From: Candidatus Omnitrophota bacterium
Lineage (GTDB): Bacteria > Omnitrophota > Gorgyraeia > Zapsychrales > JANLHA01
NCBI GenBank assembly: GCA_963662715.1
Contig: OY759724.1
Span: forward strand, 2,843,339 to 2,907,338
Direction: 5' to 3'
Length of the DNA: 64,000 bases
In this document: in pieces, positions 19,000 to 27,798 of the stretch
How positions within the stretch are numbered: position 1 is the first letter of the stretch
How the letters are laid out: each line of letters opens with the position of its first letter
Made by a program: the position numbers and the translations under genes
Notes under the pieces: generated by a model
Seen by the model: the letters and a program-made list of their open reading frames with translations, nothing else
Databases searched by the model: none
What the model was told of the DNA's origin: nothing

Positions 19000-20333
19000 T
19001 GAAGACCTATTTTATAACAGCTTCGACATTCTGCATGGAAAGAATGCTGGACTGCCAGAAAATTTCCGATTACTTAAAAATGAACGGCTGGCGGCCGGTG
19101 AGGCGGATCAAGAAAGCCGGTTTGATTATTGTCAGCACATGTTCTTTCGGCCGGGAAGAAGACGATAGCTCGCTCGATTATATCCGGTTTTACCTGCGCC
19201 GGAAGTTGCCTGAAGCACAATTTTTTATCATCGGGTGCGTGCCGGCGATCAATCCCGAACAGCTTGCCTCTCTGGGCGATATCCCCACGCTTTCTCCCAC
19301 CACGTTGTCCCGGCTCGACACTTTGCTGCAGCCGTCTGTGAAATTCGCGGATGTCCCGGAGCCGAACAAGATTCTTGCCGCGGAGGTCATGCACAGCGTT
19401 TTTTTGAAAAAAGCTCTCTGGCTCCGGTCCTACGTGCGGCAGGCCTTGAAGGATGTCCCGCCCGGCCCGGCGGTTCTGAGAAAAGGGGGGCAAGCGCTGA
19501 AAACCGGGATCAAGTACTTTCCGGTGCTGAAATCACACATTAATCCTTTCCTCTCCTGCAACCGGAACGGATTTTATTATCTGCGGATTTCCAAAGGGTG
19601 TCTGGGGAGCTGCAGCTACTGTGCCAAGAGACATTCTACCGGGCGGCTCAGGAGCAAACCGGATGATATGATCGTTCAGGAGTTTCAAAAAGGATTGCAA
19701 GCCGGGGAGAAAAGGTTCTACCTCTTAACGGAAGACGTCGGGTGCTACGGAATTGATCAGGAAACGACTGTCATGGCTCTGCTGAAAAGGATATTTGCTG
19801 TGGGGCATGCCCAGGAATTCCGGATTGTTGTTTCCAATTTTAACGCCCGCTGGTTTGTCAAGTATTATGACGAACTGGAAGAGCTCTTTGTGAAATATCA
19901 GACCAAAATTCTTTATGTGCAGATTCCGATCCAATCCGGGAGTACGCGGATTTTAGGGCTGATGGACCGGCATTATACGGCGGAAGACCTGAAAGAAAAA
20001 CTGCTGGCTTTAAGGCGCAAGGCCCCGGCGCTTAACCTAACGACAGACATGATTGCCGGTTTTCCCGGAGAAACCGATGAGGATTTTGAATTAACCAAGC
20101 AGTTCGTCTCTGAAATCCGGTTTCAGCATATTGATATTTTTGGATATGAACACCGGCCCAACACCCGGGCGGGGGCCCTGACGGGGCAGCTTTCCCAGGA
20201 AGTGATAGACCAAAGGGTTTTCGAACTCGCCCGATGGCAGAATAAATATTCCCAAACAAGGACTGTCATCGGCAAATTGATCGAGGTGGCCAAGGAAAAT
20301 GCGCAGCGGTACCGGACGAATTCAAGACAATAA
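18999..20333 (+). CDS. MiaB/RimO-family methylthiotransferase-like radical SAM protein with no evident TRAM domain
   Basis: MTTase N-domain cysteines (TFCMER...STCSF...GCVPA) and radical SAM motif CLGSCSYC. The C-terminus is short with no TRAM beta-barrel. Start chosen as MKTYFITAS at 18999, which overlaps the upstream stop by 1 nt (TGATG). An in-frame ATG also exists at 18975. Confidence 0.65.
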   Translation: MKTYFITASTFCMERMLDCQKISDYLKMNGWRPVRRIKKAGLIIVSTCSFGREEDDSSLDYIRFYLRRKLPEAQFFIIGCVPAINPEQLASLGDIPTLSPTTLSRLDTLLQPSVKFADVPEPNKILAAEVMHSVFLKKALWLRSYVRQALKDVPPGPAVLRKGGQALKTGIKYFPVLKSHINPFLSCNRNGFYYLRISKGCLGSCSYCAKRHSTGRLRSKPDDMIVQEFQKGLQAGEKRFYLLTEDVGCYGIDQETTVMALLKRIFAVGHAQEFRIVVSNFNARWFVKYYDELEELFVKYQTKILYVQIPIQSGSTRILGLMDRHYTAEDLKEKLLALRRKAPALNLTTDMIAGFPGETDEDFELTKQFVSEIRFQHIDIFGYEHRPNTRAGALTGQLSQEVIDQRVFELARWQNKYSQTRTVIGKLIEVAKENAQRYRTNSRQ

Positions 20334-20335
20334 AC

Positions 20336-21844
20336 ATGATGAAGAAAAAAGGTTTGAAAATTGCTTTTGTCAATGATTCCTGCGAGCATTTAGGGGTTGA
20401 GTATATATCAGCCGTCTTGAAGGCCGCAGGCCATCAGACGCAACTGTTTGTCGACCCCTTGTTATTTGATGATGAATTTATTACGGTCAAAGCCCTAAGC
20501 AAGTGTTTTGATTATAAAACGAAAATTATCAAGGAATTAAAAAGTTACGGGCCTGACCTTATCACCATGTCGGTTGTCTCCAGTTTTTATCCCTGGGCTT
20601 CCGGTATGGCGCGTTTAATCAAACAGGAGATTCCTGTTCCCGTCATTATGGGCGGCGCTCATCCCACGGCTGTCCCGGAGAGGGTCATTCAGAATGAGTT
20701 TGTTGATATGGTCTGTGTCGGAGAAGGGGAGTATTCTATGCTGGAGCTGGCCAACAGCATGGCGGCGGGCAAGGTCGATACCACTATTAAGAATATCTGG
20801 TTTAAACAAGACGGACGGATCATACGCAATGAGCTGCGGCCCCTTATCGATAACCTGGATGAGCTTCCCATGCCGGATAAGGAGCTTTACTATTCCGCCA
20901 GCCCGCATTTTTCCCAAAGCTATTATATTACCGCCAGCCGGGGGTGTCCTTATGCCTGCAGTTATTGCTGCAACTCTTACCTGCGGTCCCTGTATAAAGG
21001 GCTGGGGCCTTATCGTCGTCAGCGCAGCCCAGGTCATGTGATCGGGGAATTGGTCGAGGCGAAAAAACGCTTTGCCATTGATCCGGTTTTCTTCCTGGAT
21101 GACTGCTTTGCCTACGATCTTCAGTGGCTTAAAGAGTTTGCCCCGGCCTACCGGAAGCAGGTCGGCATAAGATTTTATTGTATGATGTTCCCTGACGATA
21201 AAATGGAGGAAGCCTTAAAATATCTGAAATTAGCCGGATGCGGAGAGATTGAAATCGGGGTGCAGTCCTGGGATGAAGATGTCCGGCGGAATATTTTTCA
21301 CCGCCGTGTTTCAAACGAGACGATGATCCGGACGATGAAGCTTATTAAAAAAGAGAATATCAATCTGGTGACCGGAGATATTCTGGGCTACCCGGGACAA
21401 AGAGAAGAGCATATCCTGAAGGCCGCGCATATTTATACGGAGATAAAACCCAGCCGGACCTATTCTTTTATCCTGAAATATTTCCCCAAAACACAGATCA
21501 CGGAAGAGGCGGTTAAAAAGGGCCAGCTAAAAGGTGAGGATGTGGAAAAGATCCTGGACGGGCATTACGGGAAATATCTGTCGAAAGACGGGAGCATGAC
21601 GGAAAAAGAGGTGATGCAGTATCTGTTCCTTTTCCTGCTTGTGCGCATCCTGCCCGTCCGGATGGCGCGGGCTGTTATCCGTAAACGTCTCTACCGGAAA
21701 TTTCCGGTGGTTCTTACGCCGGCCGCCATCTCCATTTTGAACAATTTTTCGACATCCACTTTTGAATCTAAAATTAACCGGCGAAGCGCATGGCACCGGT
21801 ATATTTATTTTTTAAAGAAGATGTTCTTTAAAGGCAAACGATGA
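20336..21844 (+). CDS. Cobalamin-binding-domain radical SAM enzyme (class B-like), tandem paralog 2
   Basis: 502 aa. KIAFVNDSCEHLGVEYISAVLK. CPYACSYC. Confidence 0.85.
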   Translation: MMKKKGLKIAFVNDSCEHLGVEYISAVLKAAGHQTQLFVDPLLFDDEFITVKALSKCFDYKTKIIKELKSYGPDLITMSVVSSFYPWASGMARLIKQEIPVPVIMGGAHPTAVPERVIQNEFVDMVCVGEGEYSMLELANSMAAGKVDTTIKNIWFKQDGRIIRNELRPLIDNLDELPMPDKELYYSASPHFSQSYYITASRGCPYACSYCCNSYLRSLYKGLGPYRRQRSPGHVIGELVEAKKRFAIDPVFFLDDCFAYDLQWLKEFAPAYRKQVGIRFYCMMFPDDKMEEALKYLKLAGCGEIEIGVQSWDEDVRRNIFHRRVSNETMIRTMKLIKKENINLVTGDILGYPGQREEHILKAAHIYTEIKPSRTYSFILKYFPKTQITEEAVKKGQLKGEDVEKILDGHYGKYLSKDGSMTEKEVMQYLFLFLLVRILPVRMARAVIRKRLYRKFPVVLTPAAISILNNFSTSTFESKINRRSAWHRYIYFLKKMFFKGKR

Positions 21845-23337
21845 AAATCGCATTTATCAATGATTCCGCTCAGCAGCTGGGCATTCAGTACATGTCCGCT
21901 GTGCTGAAACAGCACGGCCATGATGTGAGGCTGTTTATGGACCCCCAGCTGTTTGCTGACGATGTTATACAGATCAAAAGGCTCAACCGCCTGCTTGACA
22001 TGAGAAAAGACATCGTCCGGCGGGTCAAGGACTATGCTCCGGATCTGGTCGGCATATCCGTTGTCACTGATTTTTATCAATGGGCCAGCCAGATAGCCCG
22101 GATGATCAAGGATGAAATGGATGTCCCTATCATTGCCGGAGGCATCCATCCGACCTCGGTTCCGGAACGGGTCCTGCAGGATGAATGCTTTGACATGGTG
22201 TGCCTGGGGGAGGGGGAATTTCCGCTTTTGGAATTAGCCGACAGCATGCAAAGAGGAAAAATGGACACCTCCATCCCGAATATCTGGTTTAAAGAAAACG
22301 GCCGGATCATTAAAAATGAACTCCGGCCGCTTCTTGAAGACCTTGACGCTTTGCCGCTGCCGGACACGGACTTGTATTATTCCGTCAGCCCTCATTTTAG
22401 AAGGACCGGGTTGTATATTACGATGACGTCCCGCGGCTGTCCGAATGCCTGCAGTTACTGCTGTTTCTCCTATCTGCAGGACCTGTATAAAGGCAAGGGC
22501 AAACGGATCAGGCAGCGCAGCGTTCAAAATGTGATTGAAGAGTTGAGAATCAATAAGGCAAAATATAAAATAAAGTTTATCGCGTTTATGGATAACTGTT
22601 TCGGGTATGATGTGAAATGGCTCAGGGAATTCACCCCGGTTTACCGTTCGGAAATCGGCATAAAGTTCTGGTGCATCATGCACCCCAAAGACGTTACAGA
22701 AGAAACCCTCCGGCACCTCAAACAGGCCGGATGCCATACCATTGACATGGGCGTGCAGTCCTGGAACGAGGATATACGAAAAGAAGTCCTTCACCGGGAT
22801 GTCGATAACGATACGATGGCCCGGGCTATTCAGATCGTTAAGGATGCCGGGATCGAAATTATGACCGACAGCATTTTTGACCTGCCCGGGCAGACAGAAG
22901 AGGATGTCCTGGAAAGCGCCCGGAGATACGTTGAGATCAGGCCGAAGCGGATATATTTTTACATGTTACGGCATTATCCGAACACCCTCATAACCCGGTT
23001 GGCCAAACAAGATCAGCGGCTTGCGCCGGCCAGGTATGAAGAAGTGATGAGCGGGGTGAATGTCACGTCCTTTACGGTCGGCGGAGACCAGGTCAACCAG
23101 AGAATGATTCAGTTCCAAATCCTGTTTTATTTGATTGATCTGATCCCCAAAAGCATAAGCCGGTATATCATTCGCAAAAGACTTTATCGGTATTTCCCTG
23201 TGGCTTTGGGGCCGGCTATTATTGTCATCCTGCGCAATCTTTTGGCTTTTGATATGAATGCGCGGCTTCAACGCGCCTGGGCTTTTAATCGCTACGCCTA
23301 TTTTATCTGGCAGAAATTAAAACCTTTAAAGAAATAA
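21841..23337 (+). CDS. Cobalamin-binding-domain radical SAM enzyme (class B-like), tandem paralog 3
   Basis: 498 aa. MKIAFINDSAQQLGIQYMSAVLK. CPNACSYC. ATGA overlap with the upstream gene. Confidence 0.85.
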   Translation: MKIAFINDSAQQLGIQYMSAVLKQHGHDVRLFMDPQLFADDVIQIKRLNRLLDMRKDIVRRVKDYAPDLVGISVVTDFYQWASQIARMIKDEMDVPIIAGGIHPTSVPERVLQDECFDMVCLGEGEFPLLELADSMQRGKMDTSIPNIWFKENGRIIKNELRPLLEDLDALPLPDTDLYYSVSPHFRRTGLYITMTSRGCPNACSYCCFSYLQDLYKGKGKRIRQRSVQNVIEELRINKAKYKIKFIAFMDNCFGYDVKWLREFTPVYRSEIGIKFWCIMHPKDVTEETLRHLKQAGCHTIDMGVQSWNEDIRKEVLHRDVDNDTMARAIQIVKDAGIEIMTDSIFDLPGQTEEDVLESARRYVEIRPKRIYFYMLRHYPNTLITRLAKQDQRLAPARYEEVMSGVNVTSFTVGGDQVNQRMIQFQILFYLIDLIPKSISRYIIRKRLYRYFPVALGPAIIVILRNLLAFDMNARLQRAWAFNRYAYFIWQKLKPLKK

Positions 23338-23352
23338 GCGGACTGGCAAATC

Positions 23353-24882
23353 ATGAAAATCGCTTTTGTCAATGATTGTATTGAACGGCTCGGCGTCGAA
23401 TATATTTCCGCTCTTCTGAAGAACGCGGGACACGACGTTAAGCTTTTCGTCGATCCGCAGCTGTTTGATGATGTCCATATTCATCACAAGGCGTTAAACC
23501 GATATTTCGACCACAAGCAAAAGATCATCGCGGACCTGCTGGAATACCGGCCGGACCTGATCGCTTTCTCCGTGGACACAGAATCCTATGCCTGGGCCAG
23601 CGGCATGGCCCGGGCCGTTAAATCCCGCATGGAGGCGCCTGTTATATTTGGCGGGATCCACCCTTCATCCGTTCCTGACCATGTCATCAGGAACGACGCC
23701 GTCGATATCCTGTGCGTCGGCGAGGGGGAATACCCCATGCTGGAACTTGCGGAAAGCATGGCCAGAGGGGAAATGGACACACATATTAGCAATTTGTGGT
23801 TTAAACAGCAGGGAAAGATTGTCAGAAATCCTCTGCGCCCGTTGCTCAAGGACCTCGATGTTCTGCCTTACGCCGATCATGATCTTTTCTACAGTCACAG
23901 CCCGTATTTTCAGCAAGGGTACGGCACCATAGTCTCCCGGGGGTGCCCTTACACTTGCAGTTACTGCTGTCATTCCTATTTGCGCAAGCTCTATCAGGCA
24001 AACGGGACATATCTCCGTCTGCGCAGCGTGAGTAATGTGATTGAAGAATTGAAAGATCATGTGGCGAAATATGATGTCGGGACGATCACTTTTTTTGATG
24101 ATAATTTCGGCTATAATTTCAAATGGCTGGAAGAATTTTCCCGTGAATATGCCCGGGCCATTAAGAAAAGGTTTAAAGTGACGACTCATCCGGAGATTGT
24201 GTCCCGCGAATATATCCGTCTGCTGAAAGACGCGGGCTGCTGTTCGGTGGATCTGGGCATCCAGTCCTGGGATCGGCAGGTGAGACGCTATTGGTTCCAG
24301 AGAGATGTTGAAACAGGCGTGATGCGGCGGGCGATGGAGCTTATCAAAGAAGCACGCCTGGAATTGATCTGCGATAATATTTTTAACGTCCCTGCGCAGG
24401 ATGATGAACAGTATATTCAGACGCTGTTGCCGTATACGGATATTAAACCGCATCGGATCATATTTAACCAGTTGAAATATTATCCCGGCGTGGCCATCAC
24501 CGAAAAGGCCAAAAGGGAGGGGTTCATCGGCGAGGAAAGATACCGCATGATATTGGACGGGGCGGATCAAAAGGGGGTTTATTTGGACGAAGTCGTGCTG
24601 AAAGAGCGGGAACGGAAGAGTTTTGTTAAAATGAAAGTTTTTTTGTATCTCATGGATTGTTTCCCCAAGAAATTTTCCCGCTATGTCATCATGAAAAAGA
24701 TTTACCGTTATTTCCCCGGTATTTTTAACCCGGCGTTTTTTCTGATGTTCCGGACCCTTTTTTCCTCTGATTCCGACACGCAATATTTAAAACAAAGAAC
24801 CTTGGCGAGATACCGTTATCATATCGGCAGACGGCTAAGGTTGAAATTATTTTCAAGGAGACATAATGAACAGTCAAAGTGA
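23353..24882 (+). CDS. Cobalamin-binding-domain radical SAM enzyme (class B-like), tandem paralog 4
   Basis: 509 aa. MKIAFVNDCIERLGVEYISALLK. CPYTCSYC. Confidence 0.85.
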   Translation: MKIAFVNDCIERLGVEYISALLKNAGHDVKLFVDPQLFDDVHIHHKALNRYFDHKQKIIADLLEYRPDLIAFSVDTESYAWASGMARAVKSRMEAPVIFGGIHPSSVPDHVIRNDAVDILCVGEGEYPMLELAESMARGEMDTHISNLWFKQQGKIVRNPLRPLLKDLDVLPYADHDLFYSHSPYFQQGYGTIVSRGCPYTCSYCCHSYLRKLYQANGTYLRLRSVSNVIEELKDHVAKYDVGTITFFDDNFGYNFKWLEEFSREYARAIKKRFKVTTHPEIVSREYIRLLKDAGCCSVDLGIQSWDRQVRRYWFQRDVETGVMRRAMELIKEARLELICDNIFNVPAQDDEQYIQTLLPYTDIKPHRIIFNQLKYYPGVAITEKAKREGFIGEERYRMILDGADQKGVYLDEVVLKERERKSFVKMKVFLYLMDCFPKKFSRYVIMKKIYRYFPGIFNPAFFLMFRTLFSSDSDTQYLKQRTLARYRYHIGRRLRLKLFSRRHNEQSK

Positions 24883-26206
24883 CAGAATGATCCGGGAAAC
24901 GCAAAGTCTATGCCCGGTGTGCGGCCGTAAAATCCAGGCGGCTATTGTCGAGTCGGAAGGCCGTGTTTATTTGAAAAAAAACTGCGGCGAGCACGGCATG
25001 TTCCGGATCAGGGTTTCCAGGCACGCCTGGTACTACAAGGCGCTGACGGACTATTATTTCAGGGTTATGCCGGAGACTATGCCTCAAAAACGTTTTTATA
25101 TTTATTTCAGCAACCGCTGCAATCTGCATTGCCCGATCTGTCTGCTGGAGCCCAACCAGGATAAAATGGCGGATATCGATCTGGAACGTTTTAAAAAGGT
25201 TATCAGGGAAAACCCGAAGTTCCGTTATTACATTTACGGCGCGGAGCCGACATTGCGTCAGGATCTGCCGGAGTGGATCCGGCTGCTGAAAGATTACGGG
25301 AATATGGTCAATATTCACAGTAACGGCATTAAGCTGGATGATTTTGAATATTTGCAGGAACTGCAGGCATGCGGGCTGGATTATCTGAGCCTGCAGTTTG
25401 ACGGTTTTGACGATGATATTTATCTCCGGTTGAGAAACCAGAAGCTGCTGGACAGGAAAATGAAAGTCCTGGAAAATCTGGAAAAGCTGAATATCCCTAC
25501 CGGGCTGAATGTCACAATCGCCAAAAACGTCAACGAAGCCCAGGTGAAGCCCATTATTGATTATGCCGTTAAAAGGCCGTTTATCCGGGATGTGAGTTTC
25601 GCCTCGGTGTCCTTCCTGGGGGATGCGGAAAAGAATTTTTCTGCCGAAGATCTGCTCATGCCGGACGACTTGGTCGACATGGCCGAGGAGCAAACTCAGG
25701 GGGAGATTTCCCGGCGCAGTATGTATCTGTTTCAAAAGTTATATTATGCCGTTTTATCTGTTTTTAACATCCGGCGCTGTTATAATTTTCACCATATGGC
25801 CCTGGTGCGTGACCGGCAAGGTTACCAGACATTTGATGCCCTGTTTGATTTGGCGGATTTTGAAAAGGTCCTGGACAGATATTCTCAATGGGCGGGGAAA
25901 AGCAAAACCAAAGCCTCGTTATATTTCTGGGGGCAGCTTGTGCTGAATATGTTGACCAAAAAGCCCTTTGAAAAATTAAAGACTCTGCCGCTCAACATGC
26001 TTCTGCCGGGGAATATCCGAAGCCCCAAGATCCCGTCGAAAATCTTGCTGGTCAGCTTCGGAACGGTTTGCGACAAGTATAAATATGATTCCGGTATTTC
26101 CAAATACTGCGGACAGGGTTTTGTATTCAATCAAAATGAGGATATCGTTTTGTCCGATTCGATATCCGATGTGACGCTTTTACGTGAGGACCGGCAGTGT
26201 TTGTAG
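24866..26206 (+). CDS. Radical SAM protein with N-terminal Cys-rich ribbon; COG1964 / Tes-GDGT-MAS-like family (paralog 3 of 3)
   Basis: 446 aa. CPVCGRK...NCGEHG, then CNLHCPIC. LQFDGFDDDIY. C-terminal VCDKYKYD. Overlaps the upstream gene by 17 nt. Confidence 0.65.
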   Translation: MNSQSDRMIRETQSLCPVCGRKIQAAIVESEGRVYLKKNCGEHGMFRIRVSRHAWYYKALTDYYFRVMPETMPQKRFYIYFSNRCNLHCPICLLEPNQDKMADIDLERFKKVIRENPKFRYYIYGAEPTLRQDLPEWIRLLKDYGNMVNIHSNGIKLDDFEYLQELQACGLDYLSLQFDGFDDDIYLRLRNQKLLDRKMKVLENLEKLNIPTGLNVTIAKNVNEAQVKPIIDYAVKRPFIRDVSFASVSFLGDAEKNFSAEDLLMPDDLVDMAEEQTQGEISRRSMYLFQKLYYAVLSVFNIRRCYNFHHMALVRDRQGYQTFDALFDLADFEKVLDRYSQWAGKSKTKASLYFWGQLVLNMLTKKPFEKLKTLPLNMLLPGNIRSPKIPSKILLVSFGTVCDKYKYDSGISKYCGQGFVFNQNEDIVLSDSISDVTLLREDRQCL

Positions 26207-26239
26207 TGCGAAACGTTTTTTATTACCGAGCGGGGTACG

Positions 26240-27760
26240 ATGAAAATAGCCTTTGTGAATGATTCCTGTGAACGTTTGGGGGTGGGGTATATTGCCGCCC
26301 TTTTAAGATCCCGCGGGCATGAGGTCCGGATATATATTGACCCGCAATATTTTAAAGACGAAAATATCAACATCAAATATCTGCAGAATATTTGTGATCG
26401 TCAGGCCCGGCTGATATCCCGTCTCAAAACCTATAACCCCGACCTTATCGGCTTTTCTGTTGTCTCCGATTTTTACCCCTGGGCCTGTGCCTTGGCGCAG
26501 TCCATTAAACGGGAGATGGCCGCGCCGATCATCTTTGGGGGGATTCATCCGTCTTCCGTCCCGGACCGCGTTATTCAGAAAGATTTTGTGGATATGGTCT
26601 GTGTGGGGGAGGGGGAATACCCCATGCTGGAGCTTGCGGAGAGCCTGGAACGGGGCAAGATAGATACTTCGATCAAAAATATCTGGTTTAAAAAGAACGG
26701 TACGGTCATAAAGAATGAACAGCGCCTTTTACTGACCGACCTGGACCGGCTCCCGTTTCCGGAAAAAGATCTTTTTTACGCCTCGAGCCCGTATCTGTCG
26801 CGGTGTTACTATATTATGGCGAGCCGGGGATGCGCGTATTCCTGCAGTTACTGCTGTCATTCCTACCTCAGACAAATGTGTCAGGGGAAAGGCCCGTACT
26901 TCAGGCAAAGAAGCGTTGATAATGTCTTGGCGGAACTGATTGAAGCTAAAAACAGGTACCCGGTCAAGTATGTGAGATTTTTTGACGACAGCCTGGGACT
27001 GAATCTCAAATGGCTTAAGGAATTTTCTGAAAAATACCCGAAAACCGTGGGGCTGCCTTTCATGTGTTATATGTATCCCAGCCATATTTCAGAGGTGACG
27101 GCGCACTACCTGAAACAGGCCGGGTGCTGCGAAGTGGAGATCGGTGTTCAGAGTCTTAACGAGGATTTAAGCCGGAATGTTTTGCATCGCAACCTGTCTG
27201 AACAGCAGATCGCGCAAGCTATCGATATCCTTAAAAAGGAAAAAATCCGCCTGGTGGCGGATAACATTGTCGGCCTGCCCGGACAGGAAGAATCGGATAT
27301 CCTTCATATGGCGGAATTTTACAATAAACGGAGAGTGAACAGGATTTATTTTTTCTGGCTGCGTTATTATCCCGGAACAGTGATTGCGGAATATGCCAAA
27401 GAACAGGGGTACCTGAGTGAAGAAGAATATAACAGCATCATGGACGGTCGGCCGAGCCGGCCTTTTTCAAGGGGAGGGAATACTCTGAACCGAAAATGGC
27501 TGGGCCTGCAATTTCTGTTATTTCTTCTTCCTTTTCTCCCGCCACGGATTGTGAACTGGATCATCGAGAAAAAGATTTACAGGCATTTTAATAAAATCCG
27601 TTCTCCGGGGATTTTTACCGCCCTGACAAGTTTGTTCTCAACAGCGTATAATGATAAAATTCTTATCAGGCGGGAACTGGCCCGTTACAGCTGTTTGTTT
27701 AAAAGGCTGCGTGAACCTCAAAAAACGAAAAAAAATCTCCAACGGCCTCCTGTTTTTTAA
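26240..27760 (+). CDS. Cobalamin-binding-domain radical SAM enzyme (class B-like), tandem paralog 5
   Basis: 506 aa. MKIAFVNDSCERLGVGYIAALLR. CAYSCSYC. Confidence 0.85.
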   Translation: MKIAFVNDSCERLGVGYIAALLRSRGHEVRIYIDPQYFKDENINIKYLQNICDRQARLISRLKTYNPDLIGFSVVSDFYPWACALAQSIKREMAAPIIFGGIHPSSVPDRVIQKDFVDMVCVGEGEYPMLELAESLERGKIDTSIKNIWFKKNGTVIKNEQRLLLTDLDRLPFPEKDLFYASSPYLSRCYYIMASRGCAYSCSYCCHSYLRQMCQGKGPYFRQRSVDNVLAELIEAKNRYPVKYVRFFDDSLGLNLKWLKEFSEKYPKTVGLPFMCYMYPSHISEVTAHYLKQAGCCEVEIGVQSLNEDLSRNVLHRNLSEQQIAQAIDILKKEKIRLVADNIVGLPGQEESDILHMAEFYNKRRVNRIYFFWLRYYPGTVIAEYAKEQGYLSEEEYNSIMDGRPSRPFSRGGNTLNRKWLGLQFLLFLLPFLPPRIVNWIIEKKIYRHFNKIRSPGIFTALTSLFSTAYNDKILIRRELARYSCLFKRLREPQKTKKNLQRPPVF

Positions 27761-27798
27761 AGAAATGTTGGCCTTTTGAAAAGAAAGTTTCTGCATCC

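Noticed and set aside
23665-24783. Long antisense ORFs inside radical SAM genes (372 aa on the minus strand at 23665..24783, 275 aa at 24908..25735, 236 aa at 37186..37896, 210 aa at 12731..13363, and others)
   Set aside because: Each lies entirely within a well-supported sense-strand gene with clear family motifs. They have no RBS or family signature, so they are shadow ORFs typical of moderately GC-rich coding DNA.
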